The notes: generated from the letters alone by a model not told the origin. A stretch of 64,000 nucleotides of DNA from Bugula neritina (GCA_964035545.1 CAXIUT010000126.1:248001-312000), one strand, 5' to 3'. Numbered from the stretch's first letter, positions 14,151 to 29,460 are shown. Translations and numbers: made by a program.

Positions 14151-17100
14151 TGCAATGTGTCGCAGTGTATTTCAGTATGTTGCAGTATTTTTCAAGGTGT
14201 TACAGTATATTTCAGTAGTTTACCATATATTTCGGTATGTTGCAGTATATTTCAATGTGTTGCAGTGTATTTCAATGTGTTACAGTGTATTTGAGCATGT
14301 TGTAGTATTTTGCAGTGTATTTCAGTGTGTTGCAGTGTATTTCAGTATTTTGCAGTATTTTTTAAATGTGTTACAGTGTATTTCGGTATATTACCGTATA
14401 TTTAGGTATGTCGCAGTATATTTCAGTATGTTGCCGTATGTTTCAGTGTGTTGCAGTATATTTCATTTAGTTGCAGTGTATTTCAATTTGTTCCAGTGTA
14501 TGTCAGTATAATGCAGTATGTTGCAGTGTGTTTCAGTATGTTACAGTGTATTTCAGTATGTTGCAGTATCTTGCAGTACATTTCAGTATGTTTTAGTATG
14601 TAGCAGTGTATTTCAGTATGTTGCAGTATTTTTCAATGTGTTGCAGTGTATTTCAATATGTTACAGCGTATTTCAGTATGTTGCAGTGTATTTCAGTATG
14701 TAGCAGGGTATTTCAGTATGTTGCAGTGCATTTCAGTATGCTACAGCATATTTCAGTATGTTGCAGTATATTGCAATGTGTCGCAGTATATTTCAGTATG
14801 TTGCTGTATATTTCAATGTGTTACAGTATATTTCAGTAGTTTATCATACATTTCGGTACGTTGCAGTATATTTCAATGTGTTGCAGTGTATTTCAATATG
14901 TTACAGTGTATTTCAGTATGTTGTAGTATTTTGCCGCGTATTTCAGTATGTTGCAGTATCTTGCAGTGTATTTCAGTATGTTGCAGTATTTTTCAATGTG
15001 TTACCGTATATTTCAGTATATTACCATATATTTAGGTATGTTGCAGTATATTTCAATGTGTTGCAGTGTATTTCAATATGTTCTAGTAATTTGTGGTGTA
15101 TTTCAGTATGTTACAGTGTATTTCAGTATGTTGCAGTATGTTTCAATATGTTACAGTGTATTTCAGTATTTTGCAGTATATTTCAGTGAGTTGCAGTGTA
15201 TTTCAGTGTGCTACAGCATATTTCAGTATGTTGCAGTATATTGCAATGTGTCGCAGTATGTTGCAGTATTTTTCAATGTGTTACAGTATATTTCAGTAGT
15301 TTACCATATATTTCGGTATGTTGCAGTATATTTCAATGTGTTGCAGTGTATATCAATATGTTACAGTGTATTTGAGCATGTTGTAGTATTTTGCAGTGTA
15401 TTTCAGTATGTTACAGTGTATTTCAGTATGTTGCAGTATGTTTCAATATGTTACAGTGTATTTCAGTATTTTGCAGTATATTTCAGTGAGTTGCAGTGTA
15501 TTTCAGTGTGCTACAGCATATTTCAGTATGTTACAGTATATTGCAATGTGTCGCAGTGTATTTCAGTATGTTGCAGTATTTTTCAAGGTGTTACAGTATA
15601 TTTCAGTAGTTTACCATATATTTCGGTATGTTGCAGTATATTTCAATGTGTTGCAGTGTATATCAATATGTTACAGTGTATTTGAGCATGTTGTAGTATT
15701 TTGCAGTGTATTTCAGTGTGTTGCAGTGTATTTCAGTATTTTGCAGTATTTTTTAAATGTGTTACAGTGTATTTCGGTATATTACCGTATATTTAGGTAT
15801 GTCGCAGTATATTTCAGTATGTTGCCGTATGTTTCAGTGTGTTGCAGTATATTTCATTTAGTTGCAGTGTATTTCAATTTGTTCCAGTGTATGTCAGTAT
15901 AATGCAGTATGTTGCAGTGTGTTTCAGTATGTTACAGTGTATTTCAGTATGTTGCAGTATCTTGCAGTACATTTCAGTATGTTTTAGTATGTAGCAGTGT
16001 ATTTCAGTATGTTGCAGTATATTTCAGTATGTTGCAGTATATTTCAGTGTGTTACTGTTTTTTCCAGTATGTTACAACACATTTCCGTATATTAAACTAT
16101 ATTTCAGCGAGTTACAGTATATTTCAATGTGTTGCAGTGTATTGCAATATGTTACAGCGTATTTCGGTATGTTGCAGTGTGTTGCAGTGTAATTCAGTAT
16201 ATTACATTGTATTTCAGTGTGTTGCAGTTCATTTCAATATGTAGCAGGGTATTTCAGTATAGTGCAGTGTATTTCAGTATGCTACAGCATATTTCAGTAT
16301 GTTGCAGTATATTGCAATGTGTCGCAGTATATTTCAGTATGTTGCAGTACGTTGCAGTATGTTTCAATATGTTACGGTGTATTTCAGTATGTTGCAGTAT
16401 ATTTCAGTGAGTTGCAGTGTATTTCAGTGTGCTACAGCATATTTCAGTATGTTACAGTATATTGCAATCTGTCGCAGTATATTTCAGTTTGTTGCAGTGT
16501 TTTTCAATGTGTTACAGTATATTTCATTAGTTTACCATATATTTCGGTATGTTGCAGTATATTTCAATATGTTACAGTGTATTTCAGCATGTTGTAGTTT
16601 TTTGCAGAATATTTCAGTGTGTTGCAGTGTACTTCAGTATTTTGCAGTATTTTTCAATGTGTTACAGTATATTTCGGTATATTACCGTATATTTAGGTAT
16701 GTTTCAGTATATTTCAATCTGTTGCAGTGTATTTCAATATGTTGTAGTATGTTGCAGTGTATTTCAGTATGTTACAGTGTATTTCAGTATGTTGCAGTAT
16801 ATTTCAGTATGTTACAGTGTATTTCAGTATGTTGCAGTATAATTCAGTGTGTTACAGTGTATTTCAGTATGTTGTAGTATATTTCAGTGTGTTACAGTAT
16901 ATTTCAGTATGTTGCAGTATTTCTCAATGTGTTAAAGTGTATTTCAGTAGTTTACCATATATTTCGGAATGTTGCAGTATATTCCAGTGTGTTGCAGTGT
17001 ATTTCAATATGTTACAGCGCATTTCAGTATGTTGCAGTGTATTTCAGTATGTAGCAGGGTATTTCAGTATGTTGCAGTGCATTTCAGTATGCTACAGCAT

Positions 17101-20100
17101 ATTTCAGTATGTTGCAGTATATTGCAATGTGTCGCAGTATATTTCAGTATGTTGCTGTATATTTCAATGTGTTACAGTATATTTCAGTAGTTTACCATAC
17201 ACTTCGGTACGTTGCAGTATATTTCAATGTGTTGCAGTGTATTTCAATATGTTACAGTGTATTTCAGTATGTTGTAGTATTTTGCCGCGTATTTCAGTAT
17301 GTTGCAGTATCTTGCAGTGTATTTCAGTATGTTGCAGTATTTGTCAATGTGTTACCGTATATTTCAGTATATTACCATATATTTAGGTATGTTGCAGTAT
17401 ATTTCAATGTGTTGCAGTGTATTTCAATATGTTCTAGTAATTTGCAGTGTATTTCAGTATGTTACAGTGTATTTCAGTATGTTGCAGTATGTTTCAATAT
17501 GTTACAGTGTATTTCAGTATTTTGCAGTATAATTCAGTGAGTTGCAGTGTATTTCAGTGTGCTACAGCATATTTCAGTATGTTACAGTATATTGCAATGT
17601 GTCGCAGTATATTTCAGTATGTTGCAGTATTTTTCAATGTGTTACAGTATATTTCATTAGTTTAGCATATATTTCGGTGTGTTGCAGTATATTTCAATGT
17701 GCTGCAGTGTATTTCAATATGTTACGGTGTAATTCAGCATGTTGTAGTTTTTTGCAGAGTATTTCAGTGTGTTGCAGTGTACTTCAGTATTTTGCAGTAT
17801 TTTTCAATGTGTTACAGTATTTTTCGGTATATTACCGTATATTTAGGTATGTTTCAGTATATTTCAATCTGTTGCAGTGTATTTCAATATGTTGTAGTAT
17901 GTTGCAGTGTATTTCAGTATGTTACAGTGTATTTCAGTATGTTGCAGTATATTTCAGTATGTTACAGTGTATTTCAGTATGTTGCAGTATATTTCAGTGT
18001 GTTACAGTGTATTTCAGTATGTTGTAGTATATTTCAGTGTGTTACAGTATATTTCAGTATGTTGCAGTACTTTTCAATGTGTTAAAGTGTATTTCAGTAG
18101 TTTACCATATATTTCGGTATGTTGCAGTATATTTCAATGTGTTGCAGTGTATTTCAATATGTTACAGCGTATTTCAGTATGGTGCAGTGTATTTCAGTAT
18201 GCAGCAGGGTATTTCAGTATGTTGCAGTGCATTTCGGTATGCTACAGCATATTTCAGTATGTTGCAGTATGTTGCAATGTGTCGCAGTATATTTCAGTAT
18301 GTTGCTGTATATTTCAATGTGTTGCAGTATATTTCAGTATGTAGCAGTGTATTTCAGTATGTTGCAGTATATTTCAGTGAGTTGCAGTAAATTTCAGTGT
18401 GCTACAACATATTTCAGTGTGTTACAGTATATTGCAATGTGTCGCAGTATATTTCAGTATGTTGCAGTATTGTTCAATGTGTTACAGTATATTTCAGTAG
18501 TTTACCATACATTTCAGGACGTCGCAGTATATTTCAATGTGTTGCAGTGTATTTCAATATGTTACAGTGTATTTCAGTATGTTGTAGTATTTTGCGGCGT
18601 ATTTCAGTATGTTGCAGTATCTTGCAGTATATTTCAGCTTGTTGCAGTTATTTTCAATGTGTTACAGTATGTTGCAGTATATTTCAATGTGTTGCAGTGT
18701 ATTTCAATATGTTCTTGTGTTTTGCAGTGTATTTCAGTTTGTTACAGTGTATTTCAGTATGTTGCAGTATGTTGCAGTATGTTTCAATATGTTACAGTGT
18801 ATTTCAGCATGTTGCAGTATATTTCAGTGAGTTGCAGTGTATTTCAGTGTGCTACAGCATATTTCAGTATGTTACAGTATATTGCAATGTGTCGCAGTAT
18901 ATTTCAGTATGTTGCAATATTTTTCAATGTGTTACAGTATATTTCATTAGTTTACCATATATTTCGGTGTGTTGCAGTATATTTCAATGTGTTGCAGTGT
19001 ATTTCAATATGTTGTAGTATGTTGCAGTGTATTTCAGTATGTTACAGTGTATTTCAGTATGTTGCAGTATATTTCAGTATGTTACAGTGTATTTCAGTAT
19101 GTTGCAGTATATTTCAGTGTGTTACAGTGTATTTCAGTATGTTGTAGTATATTTCAGTGTGTTACAGTATATTTCAGTATGTTGCAGTATTTTTCAATGT
19201 GTTGCAGTGTATTTCAATATGTTACAGCGTATTTCAGTATGTTGCAGTGTATTTCAGTATGTAGCAGGGTATTTCAGTATGTTGCAGTGCATTTCAGTAT
19301 GCTACAGCATATTTCAGTATGTTGCAGTATATTACAATGTGTCGCAGTATATTTCAGTATGTTGCTGTATATTTCAATGTGTTACAGTATATTTCAGTAG
19401 TTTACCATACATTTCGGTACGTTGCAGTATATTTCAATGTGTTGCAGTGTATTTCAATATGTTACAGTGTATTTCAGTATGTTGTAGTATTTTGCCGCGT
19501 ATTTCAGTATGTTGCAGTATCTTGCAGTGTATTTCAGTATGTTGCAGTATTTTTCAATGTGTTACCGTATATTTCAGTATATTACCATATATTTAGGTAT
19601 GTTGCAGTATATTTCAATGTGTTGCAGTGTATTTCAATATGTTCTAGTAATTTGTGGTGTATTTCAGTATGTTACAGTGTATTTCAGTATGTTGCAATAT
19701 GTTTCAATATGTTACAGTGTATTTCAGTATTTTGCAGTATATTTCATTGAGTTGCAGTGTATTTCAGTGTGCTACAGCATATTTCAGTATGTTGCAAAAT
19801 ATTGCAATGTGTCGCAGTATGTTGCAGTATTTTTCAATGTGTTACAGTATATTTCAGTAGTTTACCATATATTTCGGTATGTTGCAGTATATTTCAATGT
19901 GTTGCAGTGTATATCAATATGTTACAGTGTATTTGAGCATGTTGTAGTATTTTGCAGTGTATTTCAGTATGTTACAGTGTATTTCAGTATGTTGCAGTAT
20001 GTTTCAATATGTTACAGTGTATTTCAGTGTTTTGCAGTATATTTCAGTGAGTTGCAGTGTATTTCAGTGTGCTACAGTATATTTCAGTATGTTACAGTAT

Positions 20101-23100
20101 ATTGCAATGTGTCGCAGTGTATTTCAGTATGTTGCAGTATTTTTCAAGGTGTTACAGTATATTTCAGTAGTTTACCATATATTTCGGTATGTTGCAGTAT
20201 ATTTCAATGTGTTGCAGTGTATATCAATATGTTACAGTGTATTTGAGCACGTTGTAGTATTTTGCAGTGTATTTCAGTGTGTTGCAGTGTATTTCAGTAT
20301 TTTGCAGTATTTTTCAATGTGTTACAGTGTATTTCGGTATATTACCGTATATTTAGGTATGTCGCAGTATATTTCAGTATGTTGCCGTATGTTTCAGTGT
20401 GTTGCAGTATATTTCATTTAGTTGCAGTGTATTTCAATTTGTTCCAGTGTATGTCAGTATAATGCAGTATGTTGCAGTGTGTTTCAGTATGTTACACTGT
20501 ATTTCAGTATGTTGCAGTATCTTGCAGTACATTTCAGTATGTTTTAGTATGTAGCAGTGTATTTCAGTATGTTGCAGTATATTTCAGTATGTTGCAGTAT
20601 ATTTCAGTGTGTTACTGTTTTTTCCAGTATGTTACAACACATTTCCGTATATTAAACTATATTTCAGCGAGTTACAGTATATTTCAATGTGTTGCAGTGT
20701 ATTGCAATATGTTACAGCGTATTTCGGTATGTTGCAGTGTGTTGCAGTGTAATTCAGTATATTACATTGTATTTCAGTGTGTTGCAGTTCATTTCAATAT
20801 GTAGCAGGGTATTTCAGTATAGTGCAGTGTATTTCAGTATGCTACAGCATATTTCAGTATGTTGCAGTATATTGCAATGTGTCGCAGTATATTTCAGTAT
20901 GTTGCAGTACGTTGCAGTATGTTTCAATATGTTACGGTGTATTTCAGTATGTTGCAGTATATTTCGGTGAGTTGCAGTGTATTTCAGTGTGCTACAGCAT
21001 ATTTCAGTATGTTACAGTATATTGCAATCTGTCGCAGTATATTTCAGTTTGTTGCAGTGTTTTTCAATGTGTTACAGTATATTTCATTAGTTTACCATAT
21101 ATTTCGGTATGTTGCAGTATATTTCAATATGTTACAGTGTATTTCAGCATGTTGTAGTTTTTTGCAGAATATTTCAGTGTGTTGCAGTGTACTTCAGTAT
21201 TTTGCAGTATTTTTCAATGTGTTACAGTATATTTCGGTATATTACCGTATATTTAGGTATGTTTCAGTATATTTCAATCTGTTGCAGTGTATTTCAATAT
21301 GTTGTAGTATGTTGCAGTGTATTTCAGTATGTTACAGTGTATTTCAGTATGTTGCAGTATATTTCAGTATGTTACAGTGTATTTCAGTATGTTGCAGTAT
21401 ATTTCAGTGTGTTACAGTGTATTTCAGTATGTTGTAGTATATTTCAGTGTGTTACAGTATATTTCAGTATGTTGCAGTATTTCTCAATGTGTTAAAGTGT
21501 ATTTCAGTAGTTTACCATATATTTCGGTATGTTGCAGTATATTTCAGTGTGTTGCAGTGTATTTCAATATGTTACAGCGTATTTCAGTATGTTGCAGTGT
21601 GTTTCAGTATGTAGCAGGGTATTTCAGTATGTTGCAGTGCATTTCAGTATGCTACAGCATATTTCAGTATGTTGCAGTATATTGCAATGTGTCGCAGTAT
21701 ATTTCAGTATGTTGCTGTATATTTCAATGTGTTACAGTATATTTCAGTAGTTTACCATACACTTCGGTACGTTGCAGTATATTTCAATGTGTTGCAGTGT
21801 ATTTCAATATGTTACAGTGTATTTCTGTATGTTGTAGTATTTTGCCGCGTATTTCAGTATGTTGCAGTATCTTGCAGTGTATTTCAGTATGTTGCAGTAT
21901 TTTTCAATGTGTTACCGTATATTTCAGTATATTACCATATATTTAGGTATGTTGCAGTATATTTCAATGTGTTGCAGTGTATTTCAATATGTTCTAGTAA
22001 TTTGCAGTGTATTTCAGTATGTTACAGTGTATTTCAGTATGTTGCAGTATGTTTCAATATGTTACAGTGTATTTCAGTATTTTGCAGTATATTTCAGTGA
22101 GTTGCAGTGTATTTCAGTGTGCTACAGCATATTTCAGTATGTTACAGTATATTGCAATGTGTCGCAGTGTATTTCAGTATGTTGCAGTATTTTTCAAGGT
22201 GTTACAGTATATTTCAGTAGTTTACCATATATTTCGGTATGTTGCAGTATATTTCAATGTGTTGCAGTGTATATCAATATGTTACAGTGTATTTGAGCAT
22301 GTTGTAGTATTTTGCAGTGTATTTCAGTGTGTTGCAGTGTATTTCAGTATTTTGCAGTATTTTTCAATGTGTTACAGTGTATTTCGGTATATTACCGTAT
22401 ATTTAAGTATGTCGCAGTATATTTCAGTATGTTGCCGTATGTTTCAGTGTGTTGCAGTATATTTCATTTAGTTGCAGTGTATTTCAATTTGTTCCAGTGT
22501 ATGTCAGTATAATGCAGTATGTTGCAGTGTGTTTCAGTATGTTACAGTGTATTTCAGTATGTTGCAGTATCTTGCAGTACATTTCAGTATGTTTTAGTAT
22601 GTAGCAGTGTATTTCAGTATGTTGCAGTATATTTCAGTATGTTGCAGTATATTTCAGTGTGTTACTGTTTTTTCCAGTATGTTACAACACATTTCCGTAT
22701 ATTAAACTATATTTCAGCGAGTTACAGTATATTTCAATGTGTTGCAGTGTATTGCAATATGTTACAGCGTATTTCGGTATGTTGCAGTGTGTTGCAGTGT
22801 AATTCAGTATATCACATTGTATTTCAGTGTGTTGCAGTTCATTTCAATATGTAGCAGGGTATTTCAGTATAGTGCAGTGTATTTCAGTATGCCACAGCAT
22901 ATTTCAGTATGTTGCAGTATATTGCAATGTGTCGCAGTATATTTCAGTATGTTGCTGTATATTTCAATGTGTTGCAGTGTATATCAATATGTTACAGTGT
23001 ATTTGAGCATGTTGTAGTATTTTGCGGCGTATTTCAGTATGTTGCAGTATCTTGCAGTATATTTCAGCATGTTGCAGTTATTTTCAATGTGTTACAGTAT

Positions 23101-26100
23101 GTTTCAGTATATTACCGTATATTTAGGTATGTTGCAGTATATTTCAATGTGTTGCAGTGTATTTCAATATGTTCTAGTGTTTTGCAGTGTATTTCAGTTT
23201 GTTACAGTGTATTTCAGTATGTTGCAGTATGTTGCAGTATGTTTCCATATGTTACAGTGTATTTCAGCATGTTGCAGTATATTTCAGTGAGTTGCAGTGT
23301 ATTTCAGTGTGCTACAGCATATTTCAGTATGTTACAGTATATTGCAATGTGTCGCAGTATATTTCAGTATGTTGCAGTATTTTTCAATGTGTTACAGTAT
23401 ATTTCATTAGTTTACCATATATTTCGGTGTGTTGCAGTATATTTCAATGTGTTGCAGTGTATTTCAATATGTTGTAGTTTTTGCAGAATATTTCAGTGTG
23501 TTGCAGTGTACTTTAGTATTTTGCAGTATTTTTCAATGTGGTACAGTATATTTCTGTATATTACCGTATATTTAGGTATGTTTCAGTATATTTCAATCTG
23601 TTGCAGTGTATTTCAATATGTTGTAGTATGTTGCAGTGTATTTCAGTATGTTACAGTGTATTTCAGTATGTTGCAGTATATTTCAGTATGTTACAGTGTA
23701 TTTCAGTATGTTGCAGTATATTTCAGTGTGTTACAGTGTATTTCAGTATGTTGTAGTATATTTCAGTGTGTTACAGTATACTTCAGTATGTTGCAGTATT
23801 TTTCAATGTGTTGCAGTGTATTTCAATATGTTACAGCGTATTTCAGTATGTTGCAGTGTATTTCAGTATGTAGCAGGGTATTTCAGTATGTTGCAGTGCA
23901 TTTCAGTATGCTACAGCATATTTCAGTATGTTGCAGTATATTGCAATGTGTCGCAGTATATTTCAGTATGTTGCTGTATATTTCAATGTGTTACAGTATA
24001 TTTCAGTAGTTTATCATACATTTCGGTACGTTGCAGTATATTTCAATGTGTTGCAGTGTATTTCAATATGTTACAGTGTATTTCAGTATGTTGTAGTATT
24101 TTGCCGCGTATTTCAGTATGTTGCAGTATCTTGCAGTGTATTTCAGTATGTTGCAGTATTTTTCAATGTGTTACCGTATATTTCAGTATATTACCATATA
24201 TTTAGGTATGTTGCAGTATATTTCAATGTGTTGCAGTGTATTTCAATATGTTCTAGTAATTTGTGGTGTATTTCAGTATGTTACAGTGTATTTCAGTATG
24301 TTGCAGTATGTTTCAATATGTTACAGTGTATTTCAGTATTTTGCAGTATATTTCAGTGAGTTGCAGTGTATTTCAGTGTGCTACAGCATATTTCAGTATG
24401 TTGCAGTATATTGCAATGTGTCGCAGTATGTTGCAGTATTTTTCAATGTGTTACAGTATATTTCAGTAGTTTACCATATATTTCGGTATGTTGCAGTATA
24501 TTTCAATGTGTTGCAGTGTATATCAATATGTTACAGTGTATTTGAGCATGTTGTAGTATTTTGCAGTGTATTTCAGTATGTTACAGTGTATTTCAGTATG
24601 TTGCAGTATGTTTCAATATGTTACAGTGTATTTCAGTATTTTGCAGTATATTTCAGTGAGTTGCAGTGTATTTCAGTGTGCTACAGCATATTTCAGTATG
24701 TTACAGTATATTGCAATGTGTCGCAGTGTATTTCAGTATGTTGCAGTATTTTTCAAGGTGTTACAGTATATTTCAGTAGTTTACCATATATTTCGGTATG
24801 TTGCAGTATATTTCAATGTGTTGCAGTGTATATCAATATGTTACAGTGTATTTGAGCATGTTGTAGTATTTTGCAGTGTATTTCAGTGTGTTGCAGTGTA
24901 TTTCAGTATTTTGCAGTATTTTTTAAATGTGTTACAGTGTATTTCGGTATATTACCGTATATTTAGGTATGTCGCAGTATATTTCAGTATGTTGCCGTAT
25001 GTTTCAGTGTGTTGCAGTATATTTCATTTAGTTGCAGTGTATTTCAATTTGTTCCAGTGTATGTCAGTATAATGCAGTATGTTGCAGTGTGTTTCAGTAT
25101 GTTACAGTGTATTTCAGTATGTTGCAGTATCTTGCAGTACATTTCAGTATGTTTTATTATGTAGCAGTGTATTTCAGTATGTTGCAATATATTTCAGTAT
25201 GTTGCAGTATATTTCAGTGTGTTACTGTTTTTTCCAGTATGTTACAACACATTTCCGTATATTAAACTATATTTCAGCGAGTTACAGTATATTTCAATGT
25301 GTTGCAGTGTATTGCAATATGTTACAGCGTATTTCGGTATGTTGCAGTGTGTTGCAGTGTAATTCAGTATATTACATTGTATTTCAGTGTGTTGCAGTTC
25401 ATTTCAATATGTAGCAGGGTATTTCAGTATAGTGCAGTGTATTTCAGTATGCTACAGCATATTTCAGTATGTTGCAGTATATTGCAATGTGTCGCAGTAT
25501 ATTTCAGTATGTTGCAGTACGTTGCAGTATGTTTCAATATGTTACGGTGTATTTCAGTATGTTGCAGTATTTTTCAATGTGTTAAAGTGTATTTCAGTAG
25601 TTTACCATATATTTCGGTATGTTGCAGTATATTTCAATGTGTTGCAGTGTATTTCAATATGTTACAGCGTATTTCAGTATGGTGCAGTGTATTTCAGTAT
25701 GCAGCAGGGTATTTCAGTATGTTGCAGTGCATTTCGGTATGCTACAGCATATTTCAGTATGTTGCAGTATATTGCAATGTGTCGCAGTATATTTCAGTAT
25801 GTTGCTGTATATTTCAATGTGTTGCAGTATATTTCAGTATGTAGCAGTGTATTTCAGTATGTTGCAGTATATTTCAGTGAGTTGCAGTAAATTTCAGTGT
25901 GCTACAACATATTTCAGTGTGTTACAGTATATTGCAATGTGTCGCAGTATATTTCAGTATGTTGCAGTATTGTTCAATGTGTTACAGTATATTTCAGTAG
26001 TTTACCATACATTTCAGGACGTCGCAGTATATTTCAATGTGTTGCAGTGTATTTCAATATGTTACAGTGTATTTCAGTATGTTGTAGTATTTTGCGGCGT

Positions 26101-29100
26101 ATTTCAGTATATTGCAGTATCTTGCAGTATATTTCAGCATGTTGCAGTTATTTTCAATGTGTTACAGTATGTTGCAGTATATTTCAATGTGTTGCAGTGT
26201 ATTTCAATATGTTCTTGTGTTTTGCAGTGTATTTCAGTTTGTTACAGTGTATTTCAGTATGTTGCAGTATGTTGCAGTATGTTTCAATATGTTACAGTGT
26301 ATTTCGGCATGTTGCAGTATATTTCAGTGAGTTGCAGTGTATTTCAGTGTGCTACAGCATATTTCAGTATGTTACAGTATATTGCAATGTGTCGCAGTAT
26401 ATTTCAGTATGTTGCAATATTTTTCAATGTGTTACAGTATATTTCATTAGTTTACCATATATTTCGGTGTGTTGCAGTATATTTCAATGTGTTGCAGTGT
26501 ATTTCAATATGTTGTAGTATGTTGCAGTGTATTTCAGTATGTTACAGTGTATTTCAGTATGTTGCAGTATATTTCAGTATGTTACAGTGTATTTCAGTAT
26601 GTTGCAGTATATTTCAGTGTGTTACAGTGTATTTCAGTATGTTGTAGTATATTTCAGTGTGTTACAGTATATTTCAGTATGTTGCAGTATTTTTCAATGT
26701 GTTGCAGTGTATTTCAATATGTTACAGCGTATTTCAGTATGTTGCAGTGTATTTCAGTATGTAGCAGGGTATTTCAGTATGTTGCAGTGCATTTCAGTAT
26801 GCTACAGCATATTTCAGTATGTTGCAGTATATTACAATGTGTCGCAGTATATTTCAGTATGTTACTGTATATTTCAATGTGTTACAGTATATTTCAGTAG
26901 TTTACCATACATTTCGGTACGTTGCAGTATATTTCAATGTGTTGCAGTGTATTTCAGTATTTTGCAGTATGTTTCAATGTGTTACAGTGTATTTCGGTAT
27001 ATTACCGTATATTTAAGTATGTCGCAGTATATTTCAGTATGTTGCCGTATGTTTCAGTGTGTTGCAGTATATTTCATTTAGTTGCAGTGTATTTCAATTT
27101 GTTCCAGTGTATGTCAGTATAATGCAGTATGTTGCAGTGTGTTTCAGTATGTTACAGTGTATTTCAGTATGTTGCAGTATCTTGCAGTACATTTCAGTAT
27201 GTTTTAGTATGTAGCAGTGTATTTCAGTATGTTGCAGTATATTTCAGTATGTTGCAGTATATTTCAGTGTGTTACTGTTTTTTCCAGTATGTTCCAACAC
27301 ATTTCCGTATATTAAACTATATTTCAGCGAGTTACAGTATATTTCAATGTGTTGCAGTGTATTGCAATATGTTACAGCGTATTTCGGTATGTTGCAGTGT
27401 GTTGCAGTGTAATTCAGTATATTACATTGTATTTCAGTGTGTTGCAGTTCATTTCAATATGTAGCAGGGTATTTCAGTATAGTGCAGTGTATTTCAGTAT
27501 GCCACAGCATATTTCAGTATGTTGCAGTATATTGCAATGTGTCGCAGTATATTTCAGTATGTTGCTGTATATTTCAATGTGTTACAGTATATTTCAGTAG
27601 TTTATCATACATTTCGGTACATTGCAGTATATTTCAATGTGTTGCAGTGTATTTCAATATGTTACAGTGTATTTCAGTTTGTTGTAGTATTTTGCCGCGT
27701 ATTTCAGTATGTTGCAGTATCTTGCAGTGTATTTCAGTATGTTGCAGTATTTTTCAATGTGTTACCGTATATTTCAGTATATTACCATATATTTAGGTAT
27801 GTTGCAGTATATTTCAATGTGTTGCAGTGTATTTCAATATGTTCTAGTAATTTGTGGTGTATTTCAGTATGTTACAGTGTATTTCAGTATGTTGCAGTAT
27901 GTTTCAATATGTTACAGTGTATTTCAGTATTTTGCAGTATATTTCAGTGAGTTGCAGTGTATTTCAGTGTGCTACAGCATATTTCAGTATGTTGCAGTAT
28001 ATTGCAATGTGTCGCAGTATGTTGTAGTATTTTTCAATGTGTTACAGTATATTTCAGTAGTTTACCATATATTTCGGTATGTTGCAGTATATTTCAATGT
28101 GTTGCAGTGTATATCAATATGTTACAGTGTATTTGAGCATGTTGTAGTATTTTGCAGTGTATTTCAGTATGTTACAGTGTATTTCAGTATGTTGCAGTAT
28201 GTTTCAATATGTTACAGTGTATTTCAGTATTTTGCAGTATATTTCAGTGAGTTGCAGTGTATTTCAGTGTGCTACAGCATATTTCAGTATGTTACAGTAT
28301 ATTGCAATGTGTCGCAGTGTATTTCAGTATGTTGCAATATATTTCAGTATGTTGCAGTATATTTCAGTGTGTTACTGTTTTTTCCAGTATGTTACAACAC
28401 ATTTCCGTATATTAAACTATATTTCAGCGAGTTACAGTATATTTCAATGTGTTGCAGTGTATTGCAATATGTTACAGCGTATTTCGGTATGTTGCAGTGT
28501 GTTGCAGTGTAATTCAGTATATTACATTGTATTTCAGTGTGTTGCAGTTCATTTCAATATGTAGCAGGGTATTTCAGTATAGTGCAGTGTATTTCAGTAT
28601 GCTACAGCATATTTCAGTATGTTGCAGTATATTGCAATGTGTCGCAGTATATTTCAGTATGTTGCAGTACGTTGCAGTATGTTTCAATATGTTACGGTGT
28701 ATTTCAGTATGTTGCAGTATTTTTCAATGTGTTAAAGTGTATTTCAGTAGTTTACCATATATTTCGGTATGTTGCAGTATATTTCAATGTGTTGCAGTGT
28801 ATTTCAATATGTTACAGCGTATTTCAGTATGGTGCAGTGTATTTCAGTATGCAGCAGGGTATTTCAGTATGTTGCAGTGCATTTCGGTATGCTACAGCAT
28901 ATTTCAGTATGTTGCAGTATATTGCAATGTGTCGCAGTATATTTCAATATGTTGCTGTATATTTCAATGTGTTGCAGTATATTTCAGTATGTAGCAGTGT
29001 ATTTCAGTATGTTGCAGTATATTTCAGTGAGTTGCAGTAAATTTCAGTGTGCTACAACATATTTCAGTGTGTTACAGTATATTGCAATGTGTCGCAGTAT

Positions 29101-29460
29101 ATTTCAGTATGTTGCAGTATTGTTCAATGTGTTACAGTATATTTCGGTAGTTTACCATACATTTCAGGACGTCGCAGTATATTTCAATGTGTTGCAGTGT
29201 ATTTCAATATGTTACAGTGTATTTCAGTATGTTGTAGTATTTTGCGGCGTATTTCAGTATGTTGCAGTATCTTGCAGTATATTTCAGCATGTTGCAGTTA
29301 TTTTCAATGTGTTACAGTATGTTGCAGTATATTTCAATGTGTTGCAGTGTATTTCAATATGTTCTTGTGTTTTGCAGTGTATTTCAGTTTGTTACAGTGT
29401 ATTTCAGTATGTTGCAGTATGTTGCAGTATGTTTCAATATGTTACAGTGTATTTCAGCAT

